Of a stretch of DNA of 64,000 bases, positions 1 to 10,151 are shown in pieces. The translations under genes and the position numbers were made by a program. A model generated the notes under the pieces. It saw only the letters and a list, made by a program, of their open reading frames with translations. It was not told the origin of the DNA and searched no databases. Every line of letters starts with the position of its first letter. Positions within the stretch are counted from its first letter, which is position 1. Origin of the DNA: an uncultured Pseudomonadales bacterium. Lineage in GTDB: Bacteria; Pseudomonadota; Gammaproteobacteria; Pseudomonadales; JAUIET01. The DNA is taken from the NCBI GenBank assembly GCA_964352475.1, contig CAYGSL010000002.1, positions 41,384 through 105,383 of the forward strand, in the 5' to 3' direction.

Positions 1-1098
1 ATAGCACCACACCGCTGCGATTGGCATGAATAGCAACCACACAAAGTAAATGCTGAGCTCGGCCTGGACTGCATCGATGCTGCTGTAGCTGTAAACAATG
101 AGTTGCCGGCTGGCAAGCAAAGCCAGCGAAATGATAGCGCTGGCGCCCACGCAGCAAACAAGGCAAGCCCTGACGGTGCTGCGAAACTTCTTATAGTTGC
201 GCTCGCCAATGGCGTAACCACACAGGCTTTCTGCTGCGTGAGCAAAGCCGTCCAAGGCAAATGCAGCCAGCAGCACCAGTTGCAACAAAATGGCGTTGGC
301 TGCCAGTATGGTGTCGCCTTGTTGCGCGCCCTGAGCCGTGAAAAACAGGAAACAGAATAATAAGCAGAAGGTGCGCACCATAAGGTCTGCATTCATCTGC
401 AATAATTTCCTGATGCTTTTACCATCAAGCAGTGCGGCCAAGGAAACAGTCGTTTTTTTATCTGTTGGCGACATTTTATCCGCCGATGGTTCCTTGCCCG
501 TTAGCGGCATCGTGCGGCGGAAAAACAAGCTTATGGCAATCAGGCAACCGGTGTATTCAGACAGCACTGTTGCCCAGGCCGCACCGTCACTGTTAAGCCC
601 GAGTTTCATAATGAACAGGTAGTCGAGCACAATGTTCAGCACGTTGGTGGTAATAATGACCAACATAACGGCTCGGGTGTTTTGTACACCAATCATCCAG
701 CCGCTAAGGCAATAGGTGACCAGTACCGCGGGTAAACTGTAAAAGCGAATCTGGCTGTAGCTCAGGGCAAGCTCATCAACGCGCTCGCTGGCGTCCACAA
801 ATAGCAATGCCGGCGCCAGCAAATAGTCTCTAAATAGCAGCAAAACAAGGCCGATCAACAGGCTTAGCGTAATAGCGCGCGCCACGCCAAGTTCTATTTC
901 CTGTGAATTGTTAGCGCCATGATGTTGCGCGGTCAGGCCGGTAGTGCTCGTGCGTAAAAAGGAGAAAGTCCAGGCAACCATCGCCATGATACTGCCGCCC
1001 ACCGACACAGCACCCAGATAAGTGGGGCTGTCGAGGTGGCCTAAAATGGCAGTATCCACTATACCCAATAGTGGGATGCTGATATTAGATAGCATCAA
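1..1098 (-). CDS. dinF: MATE family efflux transporter, DinF-like; C-terminal part lies beyond the window start
   Basis: The minus-strand frame is open from pos 1 up to an in-frame TAA at 1149-1147. It is absent from the ORF track because it is open-ended. Own translation: ..IIYHRIWALAWPLMLSNISIPLLGIVDTAILGHLDSPTYLGAVSVGG...FALDGFAHAAESLCGYAIGERN, which shows typical MATE/DinF TM1 and second-lobe motifs. The first canonical starts are TTG 1098 and ATG 1095; the true start is uncertain (see finding). Confidence 0.8.
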   Translation of the reverse strand, partial: MMLSNISIPLLGIVDTAILGHLDSPTYLGAVSVGGSIMAMVAWTFSFLRTSTTGLTAQHHGANNSQEIELGVARAITLSLLIGLVLLLFRDYLLAPALLFVDASERVDELALSYSQIRFYSLPAVLVTYCLSGWMIGVQNTRAVMLVIITTNVLNIVLDYLFIMKLGLNSDGAAWATVLSEYTGCLIAISLFFRRTMPLTGKEPSADKMSPTDKKTTVSLAALLDGKSIRKLLQMNADLMVRTFCLLFCFLFFTAQGAQQGDTILAANAILLQLVLLAAFALDGFAHAAESLCGYAIGERNYKKFRSTVRACLVCCVGASAIISLALLASRQLIVYSYSSIDAVQAELSIYFVWLLFMPIAAVWCY

Positions 1099-1451
1099 GG
1101 GCCAAGCCAGCGCCCAGATTCGATGGTAAATGATGAGGTCTGTCTCTTACTGAACGCTTTAGAAAAAGCGGATTAATGGTTGGAATTACACACTAATTCT
1201 CAAGGCATACAGGCTAGCGGTACACAATTGAGATTTGCTATACTCGCATAGTTTTGCCAGACCGAACAAGGAAAGACAGTCTCAGGCAATGGAAGGCTTA
1301 TTTTTGCAAACACAAACCCTTGCATTCAGCGAACGCTCAAAATTGAAGCGTGCCGGTGCCAGCGGTTTCTTTAACATTTGATATGGGGTCAAGATCAATG
1401 TCATTAGATCTTTCTAAGTCACTTTCACCTGTGCGCGCGGCGGTGGCACCT

Positions 1452-2573
1452 ATGCGTAAAGCACTAGCGGGTGCTGGCTTAATGCTTGGCAGCGCGGCTG
1501 CAATTGCCGAACCAGCTGAGCGCTGGGGCTTGAACATGACGCAGGGTGTGACCGAGATCAGTCGCGGTATCTATGACCTGCACATGCTTATTTTCTGGAT
1601 ATGCGTTGTCATCGGCGTTCTCGTGTTTGGTGTGATGTTTTATTCCATGTATAAGTATCGCCACTCCAGAGGCGTAAAGCCGGCGACCTTCCATGAAAGC
1701 ACGTCAGTGGAAATCGCCTGGACGGTTATTCCCGCCATTATCCTGATTGCCATGGGTATCCCGGCATCCAGCATGTTGATGGAGATGTACGACGACGCTG
1801 AAGACGCCGAGCTGAGTGTGTTGATTACTGGTTATCAGTGGAAGTGGAAGTACGAATACATGGATGAAGGCGTGAGCTTCTTCAGTAACATGCGGACCTC
1901 GCGCGGTGAGATTAACAACATCGAGCCGAAAGGTGAGCACTACCTGCTTGAAGTGGACAACCCGCTGGTCATTCCAACCGATACTAAAGTACGCTTTTTG
2001 ATCACCGCCAATGACGTAATTCACGCCTGGTGGGTGCCAGCGTTTGCGGTTAAACAAGACGCGATACCCGGGTTTATCAATACCGCCTGGACGATTGTTG
2101 AAGAAGAAGGTGTCTATAGAGGCCAGTGCGCCGAATTGTGCGGACGCGACCATGGCTTTATGCCGATTGTAGTCAACGCGATGGAAAAATCGGAGTACAA
2201 CAGCTGGCTGGGAGCTCGACAGGCTGAAGCCGCTGAATTGGCGCAACTGATCAAGCAAGAAAAGACGTTTGACGAACTGATGGACGTTGGTAAAGACGTT
2301 TACAACAAACAGTGTGTTGTGTGCCACGGCGCGAACGGTGAAGGCGGTGTTGGTAAAGCCATTGCTGGTAGCCCAATTGCCACCGGTGCAATGGATCAGC
2401 ATTTGTCAGTGATGGTCAATGGTGTGGCCGGAACTGCGATGCAGGCCTTTGGCGCGCAATTGAACGAAATTGAGCTAGCCGCCGTAGTTACCTATTCACG
2501 CAACTCGTGGGGTAACAATATGGGTGACAGCGTTCAGCCGGTAGACGTTTACAACTTCAAGCAAGCTAATTAA
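1452..2573 (+). CDS. coxB: aa3-type cytochrome c oxidase subunit II with C-terminal monoheme cytochrome c domain
   Basis: ORF 1350..2573. CuA centre region HAWWVPAFAVKQDAIPG...CAELCGRDHGFMP; C-terminal CVVCHG heme motif. I prefer ATG 1452 (MRKALAGAGLMLGSAAAIA, signal-like) over GTG 1350. Confidence 0.93.
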   Translation: MRKALAGAGLMLGSAAAIAEPAERWGLNMTQGVTEISRGIYDLHMLIFWICVVIGVLVFGVMFYSMYKYRHSRGVKPATFHESTSVEIAWTVIPAIILIAMGIPASSMLMEMYDDAEDAELSVLITGYQWKWKYEYMDEGVSFFSNMRTSRGEINNIEPKGEHYLLEVDNPLVIPTDTKVRFLITANDVIHAWWVPAFAVKQDAIPGFINTAWTIVEEEGVYRGQCAELCGRDHGFMPIVVNAMEKSEYNSWLGARQAEAAELAQLIKQEKTFDELMDVGKDVYNKQCVVCHGANGEGGVGKAIAGSPIATGAMDQHLSVMVNGVAGTAMQAFGAQLNEIELAAVVTYSRNSWGNNMGDSVQPVDVYNFKQAN

Positions 2574-2609
2574 TCGCCGCGCAGCGGTTAAAAGAGAGAG
2601 GAGCCCACA

Positions 2610-4163
2610 ATGGGAGATCATGGTCCAGCAAAAGGCTTAAGCCGATGGCTTTTTACAACCAACCATAAAGATATTGGTACGCTGTACCTTTGGTTCAGTT
2701 TTGCCATGTTTCTGGTTGGCGGTATTTTCGCCCTGGTAATTCGAGCCGAATTGTTCGAGCCCGGTCTGCAAATAGTGCAGCCCGAATTCTTTAACCAGAT
2801 GACCACCATGCATGGTCTTGTGATGGTCTTTGGTGCCGTTATGCCAGCCTTTGTCGGTTTGGCGAACTGGTTGGTGCCAATGATGATTGGTGCGCCGGAC
2901 ATGGCACTGCCACGCATGAACAACTGGAGCTTCTGGATTCTGCCGTTTGCGTTTTTCATGATGTTGTCGTCGCTGTTTGTTGAGGGAGGAGCGCCAAACT
3001 TCGGCTGGACCTTCTACGCACCGCTGTCGACAACCTACGCACCGCCGAGTGTGACCTTCTTTATTTTTGCCGTACACATCATGGGTGCGTCGTCGATCAT
3101 GGGGTCTATTAATATCATCGCGACTATCATGAACCTGCGTGCACCTGGCATGACCTACATGAAAATGCCGCTGTTCGTATGGACGTGGTTCATTACTGCG
3201 TATCTGCTGATTGCGGTTATGCCAGTACTTGCGGGCGTGGTGACCATGATGTTGATGGACATCCACTTCGGCACCAGCTTCTTTAGCGCAGCCGGTGGTG
3301 GTGACCCTGTATTGTTCCAGCACATTTTCTGGTTCTTTGGACACCCTGAGGTGTACATCATGATTCTGCCGGCATTTGGTATTGTGTCGCAGATCATCCC
3401 AACCTTTTCTCGCAAACCGCTGTTTGGCTACGACTCAATGGTGTACGCGACCGCGTCTATCGCGTTCTTGTCATTTATTGTTTGGGCGCACCACATGTTT
3501 ACGGTGGGCATGCCGCTGGCCGGCGAGCTGTTTTTCATGTGGGCAACGATGCTGATTGCAGTACCCACTGGCGTTAAGGTGTTTAACTGGGTAACCACGA
3601 TGTTCCGCGGTTCCATCAGTTTCGAAACGCCGATGCTGTTTTCAATTGCGTTCGTTATTTTGTTCACCATTGGTGGCTTCTCTGGATTGATGTTGGCGAT
3701 AGCGCCGGCTGACTTCCAGTATCACGACACCTACTTTGTGGTCGCGCATTTCCATTACGTACTGGTGCCTGGAGCGATCTTCGGCATTATGGCGGCGGTC
3801 TATTACTGGCTACCAAAATGGTGTGGCAACATGTACGACGAAACCTTGGGCAAAACCCACTTCTGGTTGTCGTTTGTTGGTTTGAACGTGACTTTCTTCC
3901 CAATGCACTTTGTCGGCCTTGCCGGTATGCCGCGTCGTATTCCTGACTACGCCTTGCAGTTTGCTGACTTTAATCAGATTGCCAGTGTGGGTGCGTTCCT
4001 GTTTGGGGCGTCGCAGGTGTTCTTTATGTTCATCGTGATCAAGACCATCATGGGCGGCAAGAAAGCGACTGATCAAGTGTGGGAAAGTGCTGAAGGTCTG
4101 GAGTGGACTATTCCATCGCCAGCGCCCTACCACACATTCACTACACCACCTGAAGTGAAATAA
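2610..4163 (+). CDS. coxA: cytochrome c oxidase subunit I
   Basis: 517 aa, 12-TM profile, motifs WFFGHPEVYIMILPAFG, VWAHHMF, HFHYVL. Strong SD (gagaggag) upstream. Confidence 0.97.
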   Translation: MGDHGPAKGLSRWLFTTNHKDIGTLYLWFSFAMFLVGGIFALVIRAELFEPGLQIVQPEFFNQMTTMHGLVMVFGAVMPAFVGLANWLVPMMIGAPDMALPRMNNWSFWILPFAFFMMLSSLFVEGGAPNFGWTFYAPLSTTYAPPSVTFFIFAVHIMGASSIMGSINIIATIMNLRAPGMTYMKMPLFVWTWFITAYLLIAVMPVLAGVVTMMLMDIHFGTSFFSAAGGGDPVLFQHIFWFFGHPEVYIMILPAFGIVSQIIPTFSRKPLFGYDSMVYATASIAFLSFIVWAHHMFTVGMPLAGELFFMWATMLIAVPTGVKVFNWVTTMFRGSISFETPMLFSIAFVILFTIGGFSGLMLAIAPADFQYHDTYFVVAHFHYVLVPGAIFGIMAAVYYWLPKWCGNMYDETLGKTHFWLSFVGLNVTFFPMHFVGLAGMPRRIPDYALQFADFNQIASVGAFLFGASQVFFMFIVIKTIMGGKKATDQVWESAEGLEWTIPSPAPYHTFTTPPEVK

Positions 4164-4168
4164 GAACC

Positions 4169-4747
4169 ATGGATCGATCCGTTAAAAAAACCGTACGCAA
4201 TGCACTGTTCGCCGTGGTGGGCATGTTTGCGTTCGGTTTTGCGTTGGTGCCAATCTACGACATATTTTGTGATATCACTGGCCTAAACGGCAAAACCTCA
4301 GACACAGCGTATACCGCGGTTGATGTGGCCGTGGATACCAGCCGTAAGGTCACTGTGCAGTTCATTGCTACTAACAATGAAAATATGCCGTGGGAATTCA
4401 AACCGGCGGTCAGTTCGATAGTGGTTCACCCTGGCGAAGCGGTCAGCACCGAGTTTTTTGTGCGCAACCCCAAGCCTATGTCAATGGTTGCTCAGGCTGT
4501 CCCTAGTGTCGTGCCGTTTAAGGCCGCTGAGTATTTCCACAAGACCGAGTGTTTTTGCTTTAACCAGCAACCACTCGATGGTCGCAGCGAAACATTGATG
4601 CCGCTGAGATTTATCGTTGACGTCGATTTACCGAAAGACGTCAAAACCATCACTCTGGCGTATACGCTGTTTGATGTAACCGAGAGTTTTGATACTGCTG
4701 CAGTGAATGCTAACGCCGACACTCAGCAAGTAGCTGAAACCATTTAA
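4169..4747 (+). CDS. ctaG: cytochrome c oxidase assembly protein CtaG/Cox11
   Basis: 192 aa, N-terminal TM anchor, Cox11 copper motif KTECFCFNQQ. Position between coxA and coxC. Confidence 0.9.
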   Translation: MDRSVKKTVRNALFAVVGMFAFGFALVPIYDIFCDITGLNGKTSDTAYTAVDVAVDTSRKVTVQFIATNNENMPWEFKPAVSSIVVHPGEAVSTEFFVRNPKPMSMVAQAVPSVVPFKAAEYFHKTECFCFNQQPLDGRSETLMPLRFIVDVDLPKDVKTITLAYTLFDVTESFDTAAVNANADTQQVAETI

Positions 4748-4774
4748 TGAAGACCTTTGCGATGGAGCAAGCTA

Positions 4775-5752
4775 ATGTCGTCAAGCAATAGTAATAGCGA
4801 TTACGAGCATTATTACGTACCGGATAGCAGCAAGCTGCCAATTTTTGCCAGCCTGTTTCTGTTCATCACCGTGTATGGTGCAGCAACGCTGTTCAATAAT
4901 ATGAGTGGCATGCCAGCCACCTTCCAGGGTGACTGGGTTCACTGGATTTTGATTCTAGGCTTTGTGGGTTTTGCCTGGGTGCTGTACGTTTGGTTCAGCA
5001 CAACAATCCGAGAAAACTTGCAGGGGCTGCCAAGCGCCCAACTCAAGCGTTCCTACGTTATGGGCATGATGTGGTTTATTTTCTCCGAAGTAATGTTCTT
5101 CTTTGCGTTTTTCGGTGCGCTGTTTTACGTGCGCAACCTGGCCGGTCCCTGGTTGGGCGGTGAGGGCGAAAAAGGCATTGCCAACCTGTTGTGGCAGGGT
5201 TTTCAGTACGACTGGCCAATGATGATCACACCGCAACAGGCTGCTGAGGCGGCCGGCGGCCAAGTAACCGCGATGAACAACGAGTTCAGTGGTCCAGATA
5301 AGCACATGGCGTTTCCTGGTTTTGGCGCTATGTTTGGCTGGTTACCGTTATGGAACACCATCATCCTGTTGAGCTCCAGCGGTACCGTGCATATTGCCCA
5401 CCATGCCCTGAAAGAGGGTAACAAGCAGAAGATGAAGCTTTGGCTTGGCATCACCGTTTTGCTTGGCTTTATCTTTGTGGGTATGCAGGCTTATGAATAC
5501 TACGAAGCCTATGAGCATTACGGCCTGACGTTGAACGCTGGTATTTACGGCTCAACGTTCTTCATGCTGACAGGTTTCCACGGCTTCCACGTCTGTATTG
5601 GCGCATTTATGTTGCTGGTGATGTGGTTGCGAGCGACTCAGCGTGATCACTTTACCCCGGAAGACCACTTTGGTTTTGAAGCGGCTTCATGGTATTGGCA
5701 CTTTGTTGATGTGGTCTGGGTAGGCCTGGTGTTCTTCGTTTACATTTTCTAA
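4775..5752 (+). CDS. coxC: cytochrome c oxidase subunit III
   Basis: ORF 4757..5752. ATG 4775 has GGAG 8 nt upstream. C-terminal motifs GFHGFHVCIGAFMLLV and ASWYWHFVDVVW. Confidence 0.9.
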   Translation: MSSSNSNSDYEHYYVPDSSKLPIFASLFLFITVYGAATLFNNMSGMPATFQGDWVHWILILGFVGFAWVLYVWFSTTIRENLQGLPSAQLKRSYVMGMMWFIFSEVMFFFAFFGALFYVRNLAGPWLGGEGEKGIANLLWQGFQYDWPMMITPQQAAEAAGGQVTAMNNEFSGPDKHMAFPGFGAMFGWLPLWNTIILLSSSGTVHIAHHALKEGNKQKMKLWLGITVLLGFIFVGMQAYEYYEAYEHYGLTLNAGIYGSTFFMLTGFHGFHVCIGAFMLLVMWLRATQRDHFTPEDHFGFEAASWYWHFVDVVWVGLVFFVYIF

Positions 5753-5780
5753 ACGTAAGCAGCACAAACGTCTTTTGTTT

Positions 5781-5812
5781 AGGGTGGTGTTAAAGCCGCC
5801 CTTTCATTTATT
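5781..5812. terminator. hairpin between convergent coxC and DUF2909 genes
   Basis: agggtgg (5781-5787) / ccgccct (5796-5802), 7 bp with one G-U pair and an 8-nt loop, followed by T-rich ttcatttatt. Confidence 0.45.
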
Positions 5813-6038
5813 CTGCGGCTGCCGCGGGTATGTTCCAGGGTACTTGATTGCCCAGCTCGCCGGTATACAAGCCATACGCGGTTACTGCAAACAGCAACAC
5901 GGCTATCACCAACCTGGTGCCCAATGAATAGTAGGTACGCTTGGTCGAGCCTTGGTCTTTGATAAAAAAGAACAGGCCACTGAACAAGCTGACGACTAGC
6001 GCGATAAGCAGTACCGCAACGGTTGTTCGAATCCACAT
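5808..6038 (-). CDS. twin transmembrane helix small protein (DUF2909-like) of the cox cluster
   Basis: ORF 5808..6062. Two hydrophobic helices (MWIRTTVAVLLIALVVSLFSGLFFF and LVIAVLLFAVTAYGLY). Typical position between coxC and SURF1 in gammaproteobacterial aa3 clusters. Start taken at MWIRTT. Confidence 0.65.
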   Translation of the reverse strand: MWIRTTVAVLLIALVVSLFSGLFFFIKDQGSTKRTYYSLGTRLVIAVLLFAVTAYGLYTGELGNQVPWNIPAAAAE

Positions 6039-6109
6039 CGCGACAGTGTATATGCATACCACTCAATACACTACACTAGCGCACGACAAGTTCTACACCA
6101 CTCACAGGG

Positions 6110-6865
6110 ATGCCCGCTGTGCCCAGCCAATTTAAGCCTGAGCGGAAAACTACGTTGTTAACAGCCTGTCTGTTGCCACTGCTGGTCGGTCTCGGTTTCT
6201 GGCAGCTCGACCGCCAGCAGCAGAAGCTGGATATTCTGGATACCTATCAGCAGCGTATTTCAGCACCCCCGCAATCACTTCAGGAAGAATGGCAGCGCCT
6301 GCAAGGCGATGACGCCTCATATCGGCGCGTGCAGTTCACTGCAGAGCTTGGGTCCGAGCCTATGATTTTGTTGGACAATAAGATCATTAATGGCGTGGTT
6401 GGCTATGAGGTGATTCAACAAGCAATTCTGAGTGATTCGCGACTTGCCTGGGTGAATCGTGGTTGGGTACCTGCCGGCAGAACCCGACAAGATCTGCCGG
6501 TGCCGGATAGTCCAACGGGATCCATTGACCTACAAGCCCACGTATACATACCGCTGGGTGAACAATTCATATTGTCCAATCAACCCTTGAGTGTGGGCTC
6601 TGAGACCCCGATAATTGCGCAGCATATTGATATGGCCGAATTACAGCAGCTGAGCCAGCCACAAGAGAGCTTCCGGCACTTACTGCGACTGGAAGAAGGC
6701 TCTTCAGCCGCTTTGGAGATACAGTGGCCCGCCGTCAATACGCGGCCCGAGAAGCATCAGGCCTATGCAATTCAGTGGTTTGCCATGGCATTTGCACTGA
6801 TAGTGTTTTACGTATTGCGAAGCCTGGAAAAAGCCCCAAGCCGGCCTGAGCAAAGCGATAATTGA
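6110..6865 (+). CDS. SURF1 family cytochrome oxidase biogenesis protein
   Basis: 251 aa. N-terminal TM plus GFWQLDRQQQK; C-terminal HQAYAIQWFAMAFAL, a SURF1 signature. Confidence 0.85.
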   Translation: MPAVPSQFKPERKTTLLTACLLPLLVGLGFWQLDRQQQKLDILDTYQQRISAPPQSLQEEWQRLQGDDASYRRVQFTAELGSEPMILLDNKIINGVVGYEVIQQAILSDSRLAWVNRGWVPAGRTRQDLPVPDSPTGSIDLQAHVYIPLGEQFILSNQPLSVGSETPIIAQHIDMAELQQLSQPQESFRHLLRLEEGSSAALEIQWPAVNTRPEKHQAYAIQWFAMAFALIVFYVLRSLEKAPSRPEQSDN

Positions 6866-6875
6866 AGGAAAAACA

Positions 6876-7496
6876 TTGACTGACACCGCACCGCCAACCA
6901 TGTCTGAGCAAGAGATCCGCTCCAATAAGATCAAGCTGTTAGTTTTGATCCTGGTGCCTTTTGTGCTGATGCTGCTTGCATGGTTCATCTTCTATTCCGG
7001 TATTGGCATGCCCACCGGCACGTCTAACAGAGGCACGCTGATCAATCCGCCCTTGCAGATAAATGAGCTGCTGCCGGATGGTGCTGAACTGGTAGCCGGC
7101 CGCGAAAACCTGCAATGGTTCTTTTTGCTACCCAGTCGAGCGGTATGCGACCAGGCCTGCGAGCAGCGCCTCTACCTGACGCGGCAAATTCGCACCGCTC
7201 TGGGTAAGCACACGCACAAAATTCAGCGTTTGTTATTGAAGGAGGCCGGTACCGAACTGGATGCGGATTTTCAGATTTTGCTCAATGAAGAACACAGCGA
7301 CCTGAACGTTCAGGAGATATCCTGGGCCAAGCTGGAAACAGCACTGGCTGAACACGACACAGCCGCGGCCACGGCGACTACAGATGGCTATTATCTGGCC
7401 GATTTTCGCGGCTTCATCATGATGTATTACGGGGGGCAGCACAGCTACAAAGACACCATGACAGACGTTAAATTTTTGCTGAAGTACGCGCCATGA
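6876..7496 (+). CDS. membrane-anchored hypothetical protein of the cytochrome oxidase biogenesis cluster
   Basis: 206 aa, single N-terminal TM (LLVLILVPFVLMLLAWFIF), CDQAC (CxxxC) motif. 4-bp overlap with ctaA. Alternative start ATG 6900. Confidence 0.6.
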   Translation: MTDTAPPTMSEQEIRSNKIKLLVLILVPFVLMLLAWFIFYSGIGMPTGTSNRGTLINPPLQINELLPDGAELVAGRENLQWFFLLPSRAVCDQACEQRLYLTRQIRTALGKHTHKIQRLLLKEAGTELDADFQILLNEEHSDLNVQEISWAKLETALAEHDTAAATATTDGYYLADFRGFIMMYYGGQHSYKDTMTDVKFLLKYAP

Positions 7497-8527
7497 ACAG
7501 CAAGATATTAGGAACTCGCAAGCCAGGCTTCAGGCTTGCTCTATTCGCCACGCTTTTTGCATTTGTGGTCATAGGGCTGGGCGCGTTTACCCGGCTGGTA
7601 GATGCAGGTTTGGGTTGCCCGGATTGGCCAGGCTGTTATGGGCACGTTCTGTGGCCAACTAGCGAAACTGAGGTTGAGCGTGCCGAACAGTTGTTTCCTG
7701 ATGCGCCGGTAGAACACGACAAGACATGGCCGGAAATGGTGCATCGGTATGTGGCTGCCAGCCTGGGGTTATTTGCCATCGCCTTGCTGTTCATTGCTGC
7801 GCGCAATCGCGGCAAAGACCAGCCGTTCCGGCATGTGGTGTTCCTGCTGCTATTGGTTATTGTGCAAGGACTGTTCGGCATGTGGACGGTTACCTTGAAG
7901 CTGTGGCCACAAGTGGTCACCGCGCATTTGCTTGGAGGCTTTCTTACGGCGGCCACGCTATGGCTACTGACGCTTAGACTGTCTGGCAAAGTATGGCGTA
8001 CGGCGGGAGCAGGCAAACGCAAGCTTCGCAAATTGTATCCGTTTGCGCTGCTCACCACCTTTGTATTGTTACTGCAAATCGCGCTGGGTGGCTGGACCAC
8101 CTCGAACTACGCAGCGGTAGCCTGCCCAGACTTTCCAACCTGCCAACAAGCCTGGTTGCCTGAAATGGATTTCGCCAAAGGGTTCAATTTCCTGCAAGGC
8201 ATAGGCCCCAACTATCTGGGCGGCACCATGGATAATGCAGCGCGGGTCAGTATCCACTTTGCGCACCGAATTGGCGCCATCGTAGCGAGCGTGTTTATTC
8301 TCATTGTGGTGTTCAGATTATTCACATCCAGTTCACTGTCTGCTGCCAAACGCCTGGCGGCTATTACGCTGGGCGTGTTGTTGCTTCAGATCGGTCTGGG
8401 TATCAGCAATATTGTGTTTCATTTTCCAGTCAGCGTTGCGGTGGCGCACAATGGCATTGGTGCGGTGTTATTGTTATGCATGATCACGGTATTGCACCGC
8501 ACCTTTAACGTGGAATTGCTCAGATAA
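7493..8527 (+). CDS. ctaA: heme A synthase (COX15/CtaA)
   Basis: 344 aa polytopic protein. Cys pairs [10 protein letters not shown] and CPDFPTC. Conserved His residues in TM helices. Confidence 0.85.
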   Translation: MNSKILGTRKPGFRLALFATLFAFVVIGLGAFTRLVDAGLGCPDWPGCYGHVLWPTSETEVERAEQLFPDAPVEHDKTWPEMVHRYVAASLGLFAIALLFIAARNRGKDQPFRHVVFLLLLVIVQGLFGMWTVTLKLWPQVVTAHLLGGFLTAATLWLLTLRLSGKVWRTAGAGKRKLRKLYPFALLTTFVLLLQIALGGWTTSNYAAVACPDFPTCQQAWLPEMDFAKGFNFLQGIGPNYLGGTMDNAARVSIHFAHRIGAIVASVFILIVVFRLFTSSSLSAAKRLAAITLGVLLLQIGLGISNIVFHFPVSVAVAHNGIGAVLLLCMITVLHRTFNVELLR

Positions 8528-8529
8528 TC

Positions 8530-9444
8530 ATGACGGCTACCAGCAAAACCCAGGGCATGACATCGCTGCTGCGCGATTACTACGAGCTGTGCAAGCCCAA
8601 TGTTGTGCTGCTGATGCTGCTTACCTCTGCGATCGGCATGTTTATGGCTGTGCAAGGCATGGTGCCCGTTGATGTGCTGATTATGGGCAACCTTGGTATT
8701 GCCTTGTGTGCAGGTGCTGCAGCTGCGATTAACCATATGCTGGATTTTAAAGCGGACCAGCAAATGGCAAGAACCGTGGAACGCCCGATTGCCAAAGGCC
8801 GAATTGGCCCGCGCGAAGCTGGCGTTTTTGCGCTGTTGTTAACCTTGCTGGGTCAGGCCATTTTATTGGTATTCACCAATGTATTAACTGCGGCTCTAAC
8901 ATTTGCGTCAGTGATCGGTTACGCGTTTGTCTACACGCTTTATTTAAAAAGGGCCACACCACAAAACATCGTGATTGGGGGCCTGGCCGGAGCGGCGCCC
9001 CCGCTACTGGGCTGGACGGCGGTTACCAATGAGGTTCACCCGCACGCTTTGCTGCTGGTATTGATCATATTTGCCTGGACGCCCCCGCACTTCTGGGCGC
9101 TGGCAATTTACCGCAAAGACGAATACGCGAAAGTAGACATACCCATGCTGCCGGTTACCCACGGTATAGAATTTACCAAGCTACAGGTAATGCTGTACAC
9201 GCTGTTACTGTTTGCGGCGAGTTTGATGCCGTTTGCAACAGGTCTTAGCGGTGGTTTGTATCTGTTGGGCGCCTTGGCCCTGGGCATTGGCTATTTGTAT
9301 TGGTCGTTTATGCTGTGGCGAGGAAAGGAAACGCAGTTTGCTATGGATTCTTTCAAGTACTCCATCATTTATTTAATGGCACTGTTTCTGATCATGTTGC
9401 TTGACCACTGGTTGATTGCACCCACCTATGTTGTTACGTTTTGA
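8530..9444 (+). CDS. cyoE: protoheme IX farnesyltransferase (heme O synthase)
   Basis: 304 aa UbiA-fold protein with motifs [23 protein letters not shown] and [10 protein letters not shown]. Confidence 0.93.
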   Translation: MTATSKTQGMTSLLRDYYELCKPNVVLLMLLTSAIGMFMAVQGMVPVDVLIMGNLGIALCAGAAAAINHMLDFKADQQMARTVERPIAKGRIGPREAGVFALLLTLLGQAILLVFTNVLTAALTFASVIGYAFVYTLYLKRATPQNIVIGGLAGAAPPLLGWTAVTNEVHPHALLLVLIIFAWTPPHFWALAIYRKDEYAKVDIPMLPVTHGIEFTKLQVMLYTLLLFAASLMPFATGLSGGLYLLGALALGIGYLYWSFMLWRGKETQFAMDSFKYSIIYLMALFLIMLLDHWLIAPTYVVTF

Positions 9445-10130
9445 ATAGTGGTATGAGCGATACGAAGACGCAAACCCAGCAACGCAATGTCTGGAAAACG
9501 GTTGGCTTACTGATACTGGCGATGGTCGTTATCATGGGCTTGTTCGTCAATCGTTGGTTAACACCCACGCCATTATCTGACGCCAAGCTGTATACCCTGG
9601 GTGCAAAAGTGTTTGATGTGCCACGGCGTTTTGAGCAAGTGTCATTGCTTGACCAACAAGGTGAAACGTTTGACTACCAGCGCTTGCAAAACAAATGGTC
9701 ACTGGTGTTTTTTGGATTCACCTATTGCCCGGATATCTGTCCGGCAACGCTGGCGCAGATGCGCACAATGGTCAATTCCCTGGAGCCGGAACTTCTGGAC
9801 ACCACGCAGGTGATTTTAACCTCTGTGGACCCGGCCAGAGACACGCCGGAAAAACTCAAAGAGTATTTGAACTACTTCTCCAGTGACTTCATCGGCTTAA
9901 CCGGAGAATTCCTGGCCTTACAGCGTTTTGCCAGCCAGCTTAATGCTGCGTTTCAAAAAGTACCCGGGGGCGGTGAAAATTATCAGATAGATCACAGTGC
10001 GCAAATCATGTTGATTAACCCCAAAGGTGACTATCACGGTTTTATTAAACCGCCGTTTACGCCTGAAAAAATTAATGATGCGTATCTGGGTGTGCGCAAG
10101 AATTTTGAGCTGAAGTATCCAGACGGCTAA
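9441..10130 (+). CDS. SCO1/SenC family copper chaperone
   Basis: 229 aa, N-terminal [13 protein letters not shown] copper-binding motif, downstream His (IDHSAQI). Alternative start ATG 9453. Confidence 0.9.
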   Translation: MNSGMSDTKTQTQQRNVWKTVGLLILAMVVIMGLFVNRWLTPTPLSDAKLYTLGAKVFDVPRRFEQVSLLDQQGETFDYQRLQNKWSLVFFGFTYCPDICPATLAQMRTMVNSLEPELLDTTQVILTSVDPARDTPEKLKEYLNYFSSDFIGLTGEFLALQRFASQLNAAFQKVPGGGENYQIDHSAQIMLINPKGDYHGFIKPPFTPEKINDAYLGVRKNFELKYPDG

Positions 10131-10151
10131 ATGCCTGAACCTGTTAAGCGA

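Noticed and set aside
1704-3344. Long antisense ORFs inside coxB and coxA (1704..2402 -, 232 aa; 2637..3344 -, 235 aa).
   Set aside because: These are shadow frames of highly conserved oxidase genes. The translations are Arg/His/Gly-rich with no recognisable domain.
6021-6040. ggttgttcgaatccacatcg contains the tRNA T-loop-like string GTTCGAATCC.
   Set aside because: The flanking bases do not form a T-stem (GGTTG versus CCACA), no acceptor or anticodon arms can be drawn, and it lies inside the DUF2909 coding sequence.
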